DNA of 63,914 nucleotides, the filler included. It is 7 parts of 7 records of this genome, joined end to end, with 100 filler letters (N's around TTAATTAATTAA, not from the genome) between each part and the next. Parts side by side here need not be neighbours in the genome. Positions count along the whole stretch, not along the records: positions 18,962 to 32,055 come from SRR31147125_2404; positions 32,156 to 44,943 come from SRR31147125_2418; 5 more parts are not named here. One strand, given 5' to 3'. Position numbers and translations under genes: made by a program. Below, piece by piece: positions 29,204-40,913 of the stretch (position 1 is the stretch's first letter; each line of letters begins with the position of its first letter). The notes below the pieces were generated by a model, which worked only from the letters and a program-made list of their open reading frames with translations, ran no database searches and was not told where the DNA came from.

Positions 29204-32055
29204 TGAGTGTTTCAAGATTTGCAATAAAGAGAACAGTTTTAACTATCATGTTAACTGTTACAATGGTTGCAGTTGGACTTTTGACAATGAAAGGCATGTC
29301 GTCCCAGCTTCTTCCAAACTTTAATATTCCCGTTGTGCTTATTCAGACAAGGTGGAACGGAGCGTCACCAGATGATGTAGAAAAACTAATAACATCTGAG
29401 ATAGAGGATTCACTTACAGGGATAGAAGATATGACGGATATCAATACCTACTCAGGGCAAGGGAGTTCAACTGTAGTTGTATCTTTTGAATATGGTACAA
29501 AGGCTGAGGACAAAGTAGATGATATCAGAGCAAAAGTTGATAATGTAAGAAACAGTTTACCAGATGGTGCTGATGACTCAACAATATCAAAGATAGACAT
29601 AAACGCTTCACCTGTAATAGTTTATAATATTTATGGAACGGATCTAATTGAGTTAAACTCAATAGCTGACAACCAAATTAAACCTAAGCTAGAAACAGTA
29701 AGTGGTGTATCTCGGGTAGATGTAAGTGGTGGACTTGAAACTGAGGTTAGAATAGAACTAGATGAAATTAAAATCAAAAACTATGGTTTAGATATTCAAA
29801 CAGTTACTGCTTTAATCAGTGCGGCCAATGTAAATAGACCACTTGGTAGTGTTGATGAAGGTCTTAAAAAGTTCAACATTAAGATGAAAGGAGAGATTCA
29901 GTCTCTTCAAGAGGTAAAAGATGTAATTATCTCAAATAACGGCTCTAGATTCGTAAGAGTTGGAGATATTGCAGAGGTAAAACTTGCAACAAAAGACGTC
30001 GAATCATACGCACGTCAAAATTCAAAAAAAGCAGTTAGAATAGAAATATATAAAATGGATGATGGAAATACGGTAGATATCGTTGAAGAAGCGAAGAAAA
30101 CAATAGAGGAGATAAAAGGAACACTTCCTGAAAATATTAAATTTGTTGTTGCTACAGATTACTCAACTTCGATTAAACAATCAATCGGAACAGTATCTAG
30201 TAGTGCTCTTCAAGGGCTTGTACTTGCAGGTATAGTTTTAATGATTTTCCTTAAAAACTTTAGAGCATCTTTAATTGTTGCAGTATCAATACCTGTATCT
30301 GTAATATTTACTTTTGCACTACTTCCGCTAAGAGATATTAATTTGAACATAATATCATTAATGGGGTTAGCCCTAGGTATAGGAATGCTGGTTGACAATG
30401 CGGTAGTTGTAATGGATAATATATTTAGACATATGACTGAGCTTAAAGAGGATAAAATAACAGCAGCGTCAAATGGTGCTTCTGAAATGAGCTTCTCGAT
30501 AATAGCCGCAACATTAACAACGGTAGCAGTATTTATCCCAATAGTATTGAAGCAAGGGATGGCAAGAGAAATATTCCATGATATGTCATTTTCGATAACA
30601 TTTTCGTTATCAGCATCTCTACTTGTTGCACTTACATTTGTACCAATGGCAGCCTCAAAATTACTTAATCCAGAAAAAGTAACATTAAGAGAGGGAAAAG
30701 TTTTAACTTTGCTAAAAAAATATTATTTAATTGTACTAGATTGGTCTTTGAAAAATAGAATAAAGACACTACTTTTAACAATATTAATATTTGTGGGAAC
30801 AATAGTTGGATTAGGTAGATTTGTTAAGATGTCTTTCTTCCCGTCAATGGATGAGGGGAACTATAGAATAGTTGGAACTATGCCAAAAGGTCTAGAGGTA
30901 GCTAGAGCTGATGAGATAGCTAAGATAGTAGAAAAAAGAGTAGCAGAGGATAACTTTACTGTTAACTACTCTTCATTAGTTACAGCTGATCAGGTTACAT
31001 TAAATGTAAAATCTCTTAAAAAAGCTGAAAGAAAAGAGACTTTAGAAGAAGTAATGGCACAAATGAGAGGAAAGCTAAAAGGTATCCCAGATGTTAACTT
31101 CGTAGTTACAAATGATGGAGGTGGACCTGGTGGCGGTGCTAGCGGAGATGTTCAACTGAATCTTCAAAGTGAGGATACTTTTGCACTTCAACTATATGCG
31201 GCACAGGTGCTAGAGGGACTTAAGCAAGTAGATGGTCTTGTGGATCAAAAATCATCATTTGAAGGTGGAAACCCTGAGATTAAACTAGAGTTTGACAGAG
31301 ATAAGGTAGATTATTATGGACTTAATGTATCAACAGTAGCAGCTTATATCTCGACACAAGTAAAAGGTAGTGAAATATTTGCAATAAAAGCAGGAACTCA
31401 AGAAGTAGATGTAACATTAAGATATAATGAGGCTGCTAGATCATCTCTTGAAGATATATATGAACTTGAATTTGCAGGAACAAGAGGAACTGTAAAATTA
31501 AGAGATATAGCAGATATATCAATTGTAGAAGGAAAAACAGAAATTAATAAGAAGAATAGAAAACAGATAATAACACTTTCGGCAAATACAGAAGGTATTG
31601 CACTTAACGAAGGAGTAGGAGCGGCAATAGCAATTGTTAATACACTTGGACTTCCAAATGGAATAACATATTCATTTGGTGGTGATCAAGAGCAAATGAA
31701 AGACGTAATGGGAGATCTGATATTTGGAGTAACTATTTCTATATATGTAATCTACTTCATATTAGCAGCTCAGTTTGAGTCGTTTACAATGCCTGCAATT
31801 ATCATGGGATCGCTTCCACTATCAGTAATAGGTGTAATAATAGGTTTAGTTGTTACTGGAACAAAGATGGACGTAATGGTAATGGTAGGAATGGTAATGC
31901 TGGTAGGTATAGTTGTAAATAATGCCATTGTATTGGTTGATTATATTAATTTACTTAGAGCCAAAGAGATAGCCCTAGGTGAGGCGATAAGAGAAGCCGG
32001 TAGAACGAGACTGAGACCAGTTCTAATGACTACAATGACAACTGTACTAGGAATG
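29203..32055 (+). CDS. RND efflux permease (AcrB/SwrC-like), 3' truncated
   Basis: 'GASPDDVE', 'GMLVDNAVVV', 'GIVVNNAIVLVD', 'RLRPVLMT'. Confidence 0.94.
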
Positions 32056-32155
32056 NNNNNNNNNNNNNNNNNNNNNNNNNNNNNNNNNNNNNNNNNNNNT
32101 TAATTAATTAANNNNNNNNNNNNNNNNNNNNNNNNNNNNNNNNNNNNNNNNNNNN
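32056..32155. other. Artificial contig spacer
   Basis: N44-TTAATTAATTAA-N44. Confidence 0.98.
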
Positions 32156-32156
32156 G

Positions 32157-32555
32157 GCAGATGACTATATGGTTAAGCCATTTGAGCCAAAAGAACTATT
32201 GGCAAGACTTAGAGCTATGTGCAGACGAAAAGGTGAAGTGATGTTAGAAGAGATAACTTTTGGTGATGTAGTAATCAATATTAATACTTTTGTTATGTCC
32301 AAAGGAGATAAATCTGTAAATTTAAGCAATAAAGAATTTCAAACGATTAATATCCTAATACAAAATTTTAATCAAGTAATTTCTAAAGAACAGTTGATAG
32401 TAAAAGTCTGGGGGACGGAATCTGAAGCTACGGATAACAATGTAGAAGCATATATATCTTTTATTAGAAGAAAGCTTAAATATATTTCTTCATCAGTCAG
32501 CATTAAAGCAATCAGAATGATAGGATATAAAATTGAGGTAAAGACATATGATTAA
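32157..32555 (+). CDS. OmpR-family response regulator, 5' truncated
   Basis: 'ADDYMVKPF...ELLARLRA' and wHTH 'VEAYISFIRRKL'. Confidence 0.92.
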   Translation, partial: ADDYMVKPFEPKELLARLRAMCRRKGEVMLEEITFGDVVININTFVMSKGDKSVNLSNKEFQTINILIQNFNQVISKEQLIVKVWGTESEATDNNVEAYISFIRRKLKYISSSVSIKAIRMIGYKIEVKTYD

Positions 32556-33789
32556 TAAACTTAAACTCCGCTTTATATTTATAACTATGTTTTTGATTAG
32601 TGTTGTTCTGATAATAATGTTTTCAATTATTATTTTATCCTCATCAAGTCATATGAGAGAAGAAAGTTTTGAAAATCTCGATAAAGAATATACTATGTTT
32701 TCGACCATTGAAAACGATAATTCACCAGGTGCACAAGATATAGCCCAAGGCAATCTGGATCAGCCATTTGCGGAGCGATCACCTTTTTATACCTTTTTTG
32801 TTGTATTAGATGAAAATAATAAGATTACCGAGCTGTTTGATATAACAGGGCAAGTTGCAATGGAAACTGCAGAAAATGTAGCTGATACGGTTATTAAGCA
32901 AGATATCGACATAGGTAGCCTTAGTGAATATAATCTTAGATTTAATATATATAATAGTGATAGTCATAAAATTATAGGGTTTATTGACTACAGTTATGAA
33001 GCAGCACTTTTAAGAAGGCAAATCATAAGCTATGTTTTCGTTTTTGTTGCTGCATTAACTGTTTTTATGGTAATTAGCGTTATACTTTCCAACATAGCGG
33101 TAAACCCTATCAGCACAGCATGGAAGAAACAGCAGCAATTTATATCTGACGCTTCACATGAGCTTAGAACCCCGTTATCTGTAATGCTTGCAAATACATC
33201 CATATTATTAAATGATGAAACTCTTGGAAAGGAACATTTAAAATGGGTTGACAATTTAGACGGTGAAGCAAAACACATGAAGAAGCTAGTAGAAGAATTG
33301 TTATTTTTAGCCCAAATTGATTCTAAAAAAGACAAGGTACTATTTAAAAATATTTCACTTAGCAATGTCGTACTTGAAAGCTCCTTGGCATTTGAATCTT
33401 TAATATTTGATTCCGGACGCAACTTGATGATAAATGTTAATGCTGATATTGATTTATATGGTAATGAAAATCATATAAAGCGTTTAGTGAATATTCTACT
33501 AGATAATGCAATGAAATATTCGCATGTTAAAACTAATATTACTATCAGCCTAAAAAAAGAAAACGATAAGGCTATATTAACAGTGCATAACTTTGGAGAA
33601 CCTATTAATAAAGATTTATCATCCTATATTTTTGATAGATTCTACATGATAAGCAATGCAAGAACCAGAAATTCGGATGGTTATGGTTTAGGGCTTGCTT
33701 TGGCTAAGGAGATAGTTGACCTGCATAATGGGAAAATATCCGTAAGCAGCAGTATTGATGAAGGGACATACTTTTCTGTTAAGTTTTGA
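32548..33789 (+). CDS. Sensor histidine kinase
   Basis: Two TM segments, H-box 'DASHELRTPL', N-box 'LLDNAMKY', G-box 'GYGLGLA'. Confidence 0.94.
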   Translation: MINKLKLRFIFITMFLISVVLIIMFSIIILSSSSHMREESFENLDKEYTMFSTIENDNSPGAQDIAQGNLDQPFAERSPFYTFFVVLDENNKITELFDITGQVAMETAENVADTVIKQDIDIGSLSEYNLRFNIYNSDSHKIIGFIDYSYEAALLRRQIISYVFVFVAALTVFMVISVILSNIAVNPISTAWKKQQQFISDASHELRTPLSVMLANTSILLNDETLGKEHLKWVDNLDGEAKHMKKLVEELLFLAQIDSKKDKVLFKNISLSNVVLESSLAFESLIFDSGRNLMINVNADIDLYGNENHIKRLVNILLDNAMKYSHVKTNITISLKKENDKAILTVHNFGEPINKDLSSYIFDRFYMISNARTRNSDGYGLGLALAKEIVDLHNGKISVSSSIDEGTYFSVKF

Positions 33790-33934
33790 TAATTTAATGG
33801 TGATAGATACTTTTGCCAGATAAGTCTTTGCAGTAGTTGTAAATAATTACAGGTATGTGCTGCAACATACCTTTTTATGTATAGTAAAATATGGTAGAAT
33901 AATAAATAAGATCGATAAATGGATTGAGGAAAGC

Positions 33935-34903
33935 ATGGATAAAACATTAATTGAAAAATTATCTATCATAAGCAAAGAGGAGCAAAAGATATTGGATGGA
34001 GAGCATAAGGTTGATAAAGATCTGTATGCTAGTTCCAGTAGCTTTATTATTGACTGCAATCTATTGCTTGATAAGGGAGAATTAATCCATATACGACCTA
34101 ACACACGTTTTGTTCATTTTCCTAAGCATAAGCATAATTATGTAGAAGTTATTTATATGCTGCAAGGCAGGACGAAACATATTATAAATAATGATAAAAT
34201 TGAACTTAAAGAGGGAGAATTACTATTTCTTAACCAAAACGCTACCCATGAGAATTTACCAGCGGGGAAAGAAGACATAGCTGTCAATTTTGTAATACTG
34301 CCTGAATTTTTTGATAAAGCATTTGAGATGCTTAACAAGGACAACAATTTGGTAAAAGATTTTTTGCTGAGTTGTTTAAATCCCAAAAATCGCAAAGCAC
34401 AATATTTGCATTTTAAAGTAAGCAAAGTACAGCCTATAAGAAATCTTGCTGAGAACATGATTTGGTCATTGATAAATAACCAGCTTGATCAGCACAGTAT
34501 TATTCAGACAACTATGGGGCTTTTGCTATTGGAATTGTCAAATTATATGGATTTAATTGAATTTAAGGACGACGATTATGATAATAAGCTGCTGCTTAAA
34601 GTATTAAATTATATAGAGAAAAACTATGCTGATGCATCGCTTCAGGATCTGGCTGATGAATACAATTATAAACTGTACTGGTTCAGCAAGCAAATAAAGA
34701 AACTAACAGGTAAGACTTTTAAGCAGCTTTTGCAAGAAAAGAGATTAAATCAAAGTTGTTATTACCTAAGAAACACAAATATTCCTATTGCAGAAATATC
34801 ACATTTGATTGGGTATACTAATGTAAGCTACTTTTACCGTATATTTAAAAACATCTTTAATATGTCGCCAAAAGAATATCGGAAAAAACATACTTGCAAA
34901 TAA
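33935..34903 (+). CDS. AraC family regulator with cupin sensor (probable rhamnose regulator)
   Basis: 'HKHNYVEVIYMLQG' cupin, C-terminal AraC HTH; directly upstream of rhaBA. Confidence 0.88.
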   Translation: MDKTLIEKLSIISKEEQKILDGEHKVDKDLYASSSSFIIDCNLLLDKGELIHIRPNTRFVHFPKHKHNYVEVIYMLQGRTKHIINNDKIELKEGELLFLNQNATHENLPAGKEDIAVNFVILPEFFDKAFEMLNKDNNLVKDFLLSCLNPKNRKAQYLHFKVSKVQPIRNLAENMIWSLINNQLDQHSIIQTTMGLLLLELSNYMDLIEFKDDDYDNKLLLKVLNYIEKNYADASLQDLADEYNYKLYWFSKQIKKLTGKTFKQLLQEKRLNQSCYYLRNTNIPIAEISHLIGYTNVSYFYRIFKNIFNMSPKEYRKKHTCK

Positions 34904-34979
34904 GGACATATATTTAGGCAAGTCAGGTTATTTTGTAATGAGATAAAGTCATGTAAACTTAACATAAGGAGAAGGATAA

Positions 34980-36383
34980 ATGGTTTATTATTTAGCAATT
35001 GATATAGGAGCATCTAGCGGCAGACATGTATTGGTTTATAATGATAATGGATTACTCTGTGCAGAAGAAATCTATCGTTTCGATAACAATATGACGGATT
35101 ATGAAGGTCATTTGTGCTGGGATGTAGATAAGTTGTTTGAAGAGGTTCTGAATGGAATAAAAAAATGCAGGGATATTAAAAAGATACCTTATTCAGTCAG
35201 TATTGATACGTGGGGTGTAGACTATGTCCTTTTGGATAAGGATGATAATATTCTAGGCAATACTTACGCTTATAGAGATGCAAGAACTAAAGGAATGGAT
35301 AATGTGGTTGAAAAAGTTATTTCCGATGAAGAACTATATAACCGTACGGGAATACAAAAGCAGCTGTTTAATACAATTTATCAATTGATTGCTGCTAAAA
35401 TCAATGAACCTGAAATTTTAGAGCAAGCACACACATTTTTGATGATACCTGATTACCTTCATTACAAATTGACAGGCATTAAGACCAATGAATACACAGA
35501 AGCAACGACAACAGGACTAGTAAATTGCCATACAAATGAATGGGATTTTGAACTTATTGATATGCTTGGAATACCAAAACGTATTTTCCAAAGCTTGAAA
35601 ATGCCGATGGATACAATAGGGGGATTATCAAGCAAAATTCAGTCGGAGGTAGGGTTTGAATGCAATGTGTCAGCATGTGCAACTCATGACACTGGTTCTG
35701 CTGTTGTAGCAGCACCTACAATGAATGATAATACCTTATATTTAAGTTCTGGCACATGGTCGCTTTTAGGAGTGGAAAACAGAGACCCCATTGTAAGCAA
35801 GGAAAGTCAAGCACTAAATCTTACCAATGAGGGCGGATTTGAATATAGATACCGATACTTAAAAAACATTATGGGACTATGGATGATTCAATGTATATAC
35901 CATGAGTTTGGCGAAGAATATTCTTATTCAGAAATATGCAAAATGGCAGAAGACGAAAATATTGATACTATTGTTGACTGCAATGATGAACGTTTTTTTG
36001 CACCTGATTGTATGTCTGAAGAGATAAAATTATATGCAAAAGAATCGGGTCAGCAAGTTCCTGATAATATTGGGCAAATTGCAGCCGTTGTTTACAATAG
36101 TTTGGCAATTTGCTATAAAAATGCGATTAATGAAATGGAGGGATTGACAGGAAAAACTTTTGAGACTATTAACATAATCGGCGGCGGAGCTAATGCAGAA
36201 TACTTAAATGAAATAACAGCTAAAGTGACTGAACGAAAGGTGATTGCAGGACCAATTGAAGCGACATCAATTGGCAATGCTTTATGCCAAATGATAGCAA
36301 ATGGTGAATTTGAAAACATTACGACAGCACGAGAATGTGTGAAAAGGTCATGGAACTTGAAAGAATATGGAGGGAATAAATGA
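34980..36383 (+). CDS. rhaB: Rhamnulokinase
   Basis: 'LAIDIGASSGR', 'IDTWGVDY', 'HDTGSA', 'SSGTWSL', 'TNEGG', 'LKNIMGLW'. Confidence 0.93.
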   Translation: MVYYLAIDIGASSGRHVLVYNDNGLLCAEEIYRFDNNMTDYEGHLCWDVDKLFEEVLNGIKKCRDIKKIPYSVSIDTWGVDYVLLDKDDNILGNTYAYRDARTKGMDNVVEKVISDEELYNRTGIQKQLFNTIYQLIAAKINEPEILEQAHTFLMIPDYLHYKLTGIKTNEYTEATTTGLVNCHTNEWDFELIDMLGIPKRIFQSLKMPMDTIGGLSSKIQSEVGFECNVSACATHDTGSAVVAAPTMNDNTLYLSSGTWSLLGVENRDPIVSKESQALNLTNEGGFEYRYRYLKNIMGLWMIQCIYHEFGEEYSYSEICKMAEDENIDTIVDCNDERFFAPDCMSEEIKLYAKESGQQVPDNIGQIAAVVYNSLAICYKNAINEMEGLTGKTFETINIIGGGANAEYLNEITAKVTERKVIAGPIEATSIGNALCQMIANGEFENITTARECVKRSWNLKEYGGNK

Positions 36384-37621
36384 TACAAAAAAGATATCAG
36401 CAAGCTAAAGAAATATACGCAAAGCTAGGCATTGATACAGATAAGGCTATAGAAATGCTTAAAAAAATACCTATATCAATGCACTGTTGGCAGGGTGATG
36501 ATGTGTCTGGATTTGAAGATACAGTATCATTATCAGGCGGAATACAGGCAACAGGCAACTATCCAGGCAAGGCGAGAAATCCAGAGGAACTGATGGCTGA
36601 CATAGACAAGGCATTGAGTTTAATTCCAGGCGACCATAGGATAAATCTTCATGCAAACTATGCAATATGCGATGAATATGTTGACAGGGATCAATTACTG
36701 CCTGAACACTTTGATGCTTGGATTGAATTTGCAAAAGAACGCAACTTGGGATTAGACTTTAATCCAACATTTTTCTCTCATGAGAAATCAGCAGATGCTA
36801 CTCTTTCATCTGAAGATGATGAGATAAGAAAATTCTGGGTTAGACACGGAGCTGCATGTTTGAAGATAAGCGAACATATGGCGACAGAACTAGGTAAGCC
36901 TGTATTAATGAATATCTGGATTCCTGACGGATACAAAGATATCCCCGCTGACAGAATTTCACCTAGGAAAAGATTAAAAAAATCATTGGATGAAATACTT
37001 GATTCAGGCTATGATAAATCAAAAGTATATGTGTCAGTAGAGTCAAAGGTATTTGGTATAGGCTTGGAAAGTTATACAGTCGGATCTCATGAATTTTACA
37101 TGAATTACGCATCACAAAGGGGTATAATGTGCCTTTTGGATAATGGCCACTACCATCCGACAGAAAAAGTATCAGATAAAATTTCATCTATGTTGACTTT
37201 TTTTGATAAAGTAGCATTGCATGTAACAAGACCTGTAAGGTGGGACAGTGACCATGTAGTATTGCTGGAAGATGAAGTAAAAGAGATTGCAAAAGAGATA
37301 GTAATAAATGATGCCAATAGGGTTATGATTGGATTGGACTTTTTTGATGCAAGTATAAATAGAATATGTGCATGGACAGTTGGTATGAGAAATATGCAGA
37401 AAGCACTGTTAGCTGCTTTACTGACACCTCATGATACCTTGAAAAAATTGCAGAATGAAAGGAACTTTTCTAAGCTGATGATGATGCAGGAGGATATAAA
37501 AACACTTCCTTTAGGAGATGTGTGGAATTATTTTTGCGAGACAGTAAATGTTCCGTTTGATTTAGATTGGTATGAACAAATTAAGCAATATGAGCAAGAG
37601 GTGCTAACAAAGAGAGGATAA
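36380..37621 (+). CDS. rhaA: L-rhamnose isomerase
   Basis: 'SMHCWQGDDV', 'ATGNYPGKAR', 'GHYHPTE', 'RPVRWDSDHV'. Confidence 0.97.
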   Translation: MIQKRYQQAKEIYAKLGIDTDKAIEMLKKIPISMHCWQGDDVSGFEDTVSLSGGIQATGNYPGKARNPEELMADIDKALSLIPGDHRINLHANYAICDEYVDRDQLLPEHFDAWIEFAKERNLGLDFNPTFFSHEKSADATLSSEDDEIRKFWVRHGAACLKISEHMATELGKPVLMNIWIPDGYKDIPADRISPRKRLKKSLDEILDSGYDKSKVYVSVESKVFGIGLESYTVGSHEFYMNYASQRGIMCLLDNGHYHPTEKVSDKISSMLTFFDKVALHVTRPVRWDSDHVVLLEDEVKEIAKEIVINDANRVMIGLDFFDASINRICAWTVGMRNMQKALLAALLTPHDTLKKLQNERNFSKLMMMQEDIKTLPLGDVWNYFCETVNVPFDLDWYEQIKQYEQEVLTKRG

Positions 37622-37622
37622 T

Positions 37623-38639
37623 ATGAAAAAGGAAGTACAGGATTTAATTAAAATCTCCCATTATGTAGCTGGAAGTAAAGCATATATACAAGGCGGAGGG
37701 GGTAATACATCTGTAAAAATTGATGATGCACAAATGATGGTTAAAGCATCAGGCTGCAAACTGTCTGATATGGGTGAAAAGGAAGGATATGTGCTTGTAG
37801 ATTATAGAAGCATCAAAGATTATTTTGCAATTGCAGATGTTAATAATATTGATTTTGAAAAGCAAAGCGCAGATACACTAAAATCATCTTTAATAAAAAT
37901 GGAAGGCATAAAACCGCTTAGACCGTCAGTAGAAGCAGGCTTTCATTCATCACTAAAAAAGTATGTTATTCATTCACACTCAGTATATACTAATATTTTG
38001 TGCTGCAGTAAAGAGGGGAAAGGAATAGCAGAAAAGATATTTACTGATATTCATTTTGCATGGCTGCCCTATGTGAATCCAGGTGCTGAATTAACCTTGG
38101 CGATTGCACAGGAGATAAATAAACTGGGCAAAATTCCAGATGCAATCTTTTTGGAAAACCATGGAGTAATAGTAACATCAGATAATGCTGAAAAGGCAAT
38201 TGAACTACATGAAGCAGTAAACGATATTATAAAAGAATATTTTGGAATAACAAAAGAATTTCCTGAAATTCTATTGAAAATTGACGATGATTTAATTAAA
38301 AGCGGATCGTCTTATGTTAAGACATTCTTTACTAATTATCCAAAGGATTTAACTATGCTTAAAGATAAAGTTTTATATCCGGATCAATTAGTATATTTGA
38401 ACAGCTCAGTTTTTAAAAAAGATGGTGCCAAGTCAGATATATATTTTGACGGGAGTGATTTATATTATACAATTGCTGAAAAGCAAGCTGCGGTAAATGA
38501 AGAAACACTGGTTGCATATCTGTACGTTATTGAGACAATAGAAAAATTAGGGCTTGAACTTGTTACTATGACATACGAGCAGCAGGCATTTATCCTTGGC
38601 TGGGAGAGTGAAGAGTACAGGAAAGCAATGATAAAATAA
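37623..38639 (+). CDS. Class II aldolase, probable rhamnulose-1-phosphate aldolase (RhaEW N-domain type)
   Basis: 'QGGGGNTSVK', 'RPSVEAGFH', 'VIHSH', 'LENHG', 'YPDQ'; third gene of the rha operon. Confidence 0.8.
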   Translation: MKKEVQDLIKISHYVAGSKAYIQGGGGNTSVKIDDAQMMVKASGCKLSDMGEKEGYVLVDYRSIKDYFAIADVNNIDFEKQSADTLKSSLIKMEGIKPLRPSVEAGFHSSLKKYVIHSHSVYTNILCCSKEGKGIAEKIFTDIHFAWLPYVNPGAELTLAIAQEINKLGKIPDAIFLENHGVIVTSDNAEKAIELHEAVNDIIKEYFGITKEFPEILLKIDDDLIKSGSSYVKTFFTNYPKDLTMLKDKVLYPDQLVYLNSSVFKKDGAKSDIYFDGSDLYYTIAEKQAAVNEETLVAYLYVIETIEKLGLELVTMTYEQQAFILGWESEEYRKAMIK

Positions 38640-38723
38640 AATTGAAAAGAACCAAACTCCTAATTTGGATAATTTGGGCAGTGTATATAGTGTATCGCAA
38701 GAATAATCGGAATTACTCACTTT

Positions 38724-39857
38724 TTAATCTGCATAAAAATTGAGTATATTACTACAGATATACCTGATGTCATCCTCTTTTAACCTATAATACATTGGCA
38801 GCCTAAGCAATTTTCTGCTTATTTGCGTAGTGTATATGTCTGTGCCTGACATTATCGTATACTTTTGCCCTGCTTTTGATGTGTGCAGTGGAATATAATG
38901 AAATGCTGTTGCAATATCATTATCTTTAAGATAGGAAATTAAAGCTTTTCGCTGTTTAAAATCTTTACATTTTATATAATACATATGGGCGTTATGATTA
39001 CATTCTATGGGAACTGTTGGCAGTCCTATTTTTCCAGCTTCCTTTAGCGGCTTAAGCAATCTATTGTATAAATTCCATGAGTTAAGTCTGTCATTATTTA
39101 TTTTGTCAGCATTTTCAAGCTGAGCATATAAGTAAGCAGCATTTATCTCAGCTGGAATATATGAGCTGCCTGCATCAACCCATGAATACTTATCAATTTC
39201 ACCTCTTAAGAAACTGCTTCTATTTGTGCCTTTTTCCATAATTATTTCTGCTTTTTCAATAAATCTTTTATCATTTATTAACACTGCACCACCTTCACCC
39301 ATGGTGTAATTTTTTGTTTCATGGAAACTGAAACAGCCGATATGTCCAATGGTTCCTAATGCCCTTCCTTTGTACTCTGACATAACCCCTTGAGCTGCAT
39401 CCTCAATTACATATAGACTATGCTTATTTGCAATATCCATAATAGCATCCATATTGCAGGCAACTCCCGCATAATGAACAGGAACTATTGCCTTTGTTCT
39501 ATCTGTAATTGCACTTTCTATTAATTTTTCGTCTATATTCATAGTATCTGGACGGATATCCACAAATACAATTTTTGCTCCTCGTAATACAAATGCATTT
39601 GCCGATGAAGGAAATGTGAAAGAGGGCATAATGATTTCATCACCCTGCTTTATATCAATCACCATAGCAGCCAATTCTAAAGCATGCGTACCAGATGATG
39701 TTAAAAATACTTTGCTGCAACTTGAATTTTCTTCTATCCATTTACTGCATTTTTGCGCAAAGCTATAGTCATTATGCTCTTTACTCTTTCCTGTAATGAC
39801 TTGATTTATATATTCTATTTCTTTTCCTGTTAAAGGCGGAACATTAAACTTTATCAA
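38724..39857 (-). CDS. wecE: dTDP-4-amino-4,6-dideoxyhexose transaminase (WecE/RffA type)
   Basis: 'PVHYAGVAC', 'EDAAQG', 'FSFHETKNYTMGEGG', 'EKGTNRS', 'FHYIPLH'. Confidence 0.88.
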   Translation of the reverse strand: MIKFNVPPLTGKEIEYINQVITGKSKEHNDYSFAQKCSKWIEENSSCSKVFLTSSGTHALELAAMVIDIKQGDEIIMPSFTFPSSANAFVLRGAKIVFVDIRPDTMNIDEKLIESAITDRTKAIVPVHYAGVACNMDAIMDIANKHSLYVIEDAAQGVMSEYKGRALGTIGHIGCFSFHETKNYTMGEGGAVLINDKRFIEKAEIIMEKGTNRSSFLRGEIDKYSWVDAGSSYIPAEINAAYLYAQLENADKINNDRLNSWNLYNRLLKPLKEAGKIGLPTVPIECNHNAHMYYIKCKDFKQRKALISYLKDNDIATAFHYIPLHTSKAGQKYTIMSGTDIYTTQISRKLLRLPMYYRLKEDDIRYICSNILNFYAD

Positions 39858-40912
39858 CTTATTTCTCCATACATATTCTTGTAATAATCTTTATATTCAC
39901 CACTTATAACACCTTTTATCCAGTTTGTATTATCCAAATACCACTTTATAGTTTCCTTTATTCCTTCTTCAAAGGTGTAGCTAGGGCTCCATCCTAGTTC
40001 TGAAGTTATTTTGGTATTATCTATTGCATAGCGTCGGTCATGCCCTGGTCTGTCCTTAACATGTTTTATTAAATCTTGTGATTTGCCTAAAGTATCTATT
40101 ATTAGCTTGACAATTTCCATATTAGTTTTTTCATTGTTTCCGCCAATATTATATATTTGCCCTGCTCTGCCATTGTGCAAAACTGTATCAATAGCGGTGC
40201 AATGATCATTAACATGCAGCCAATCCCTGATTTGCATACCGTCACCGTACACTGGTAAGTCAATGTCTTTTGTACAGTTATTAATTATTAGGGGTATCAG
40301 CTTTTCAGGGAACTGATATGGCTAGTAGTTATTACTGCATCGAGTAATATTTACAGGCATGCCGTAAGTTTGGCTATATGCTCTTACTAATAAATCAGCA
40401 CTTGCTTTTGATGCCGAATATGGGTTGTTGGGCAGTAATGGCATATGTTCTCTAAATCCCCCAGATTCCCCCAAAGAACCATAGACTTCATCTGTTGAAA
40501 TTTGCAGGAACTTAACACCTTTTTTGTACTCTTTGCAATACTTATCATCAGGATTAATTTTCCAATGCTTTTTAGCGATATCTAAAAGTACTTGAGTACC
40601 TATAATATTTGTCTGTAAAAATACTTCTGACTTATTAATGCTTCTGTCCACATGGGACTCTGCTGCAAAATTAACTACATAATCTATGGAATGTTTAAAA
40701 AAAATTTTATCTATCTCTTCTTTATTGCAGATGTTACACTTTTTAAAAATATAGTTTTTGTTTTCTTCAATATCTTTAAGGTTCGCTAAATTACCTGCAT
40801 ATGTCAACGCATCAACATTTATTATGCTATAATTATAATATTTTGACAGCATACGTTTAATAAAATTGCTGCCTATAAATCCAGCACCACCAGTAACTAA
40901 AACACTTTTCAT
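39854..40912 (-). pseudogene. rmlB: dTDP-glucose 4,6-dehydratase interrupted by an in-frame TAG at 40322-40324
   Basis: One continuous frame: 'VTGGAGFIG', 'AAESHVDRS', 'STDEVYG', 'PYSASKA', then SNNY*PYQFPEKLIP...VYGDGMQIRDWLHV, 'DRPGHDRRYA'. Confidence 0.9.
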
Positions 40913-40913
40913 A

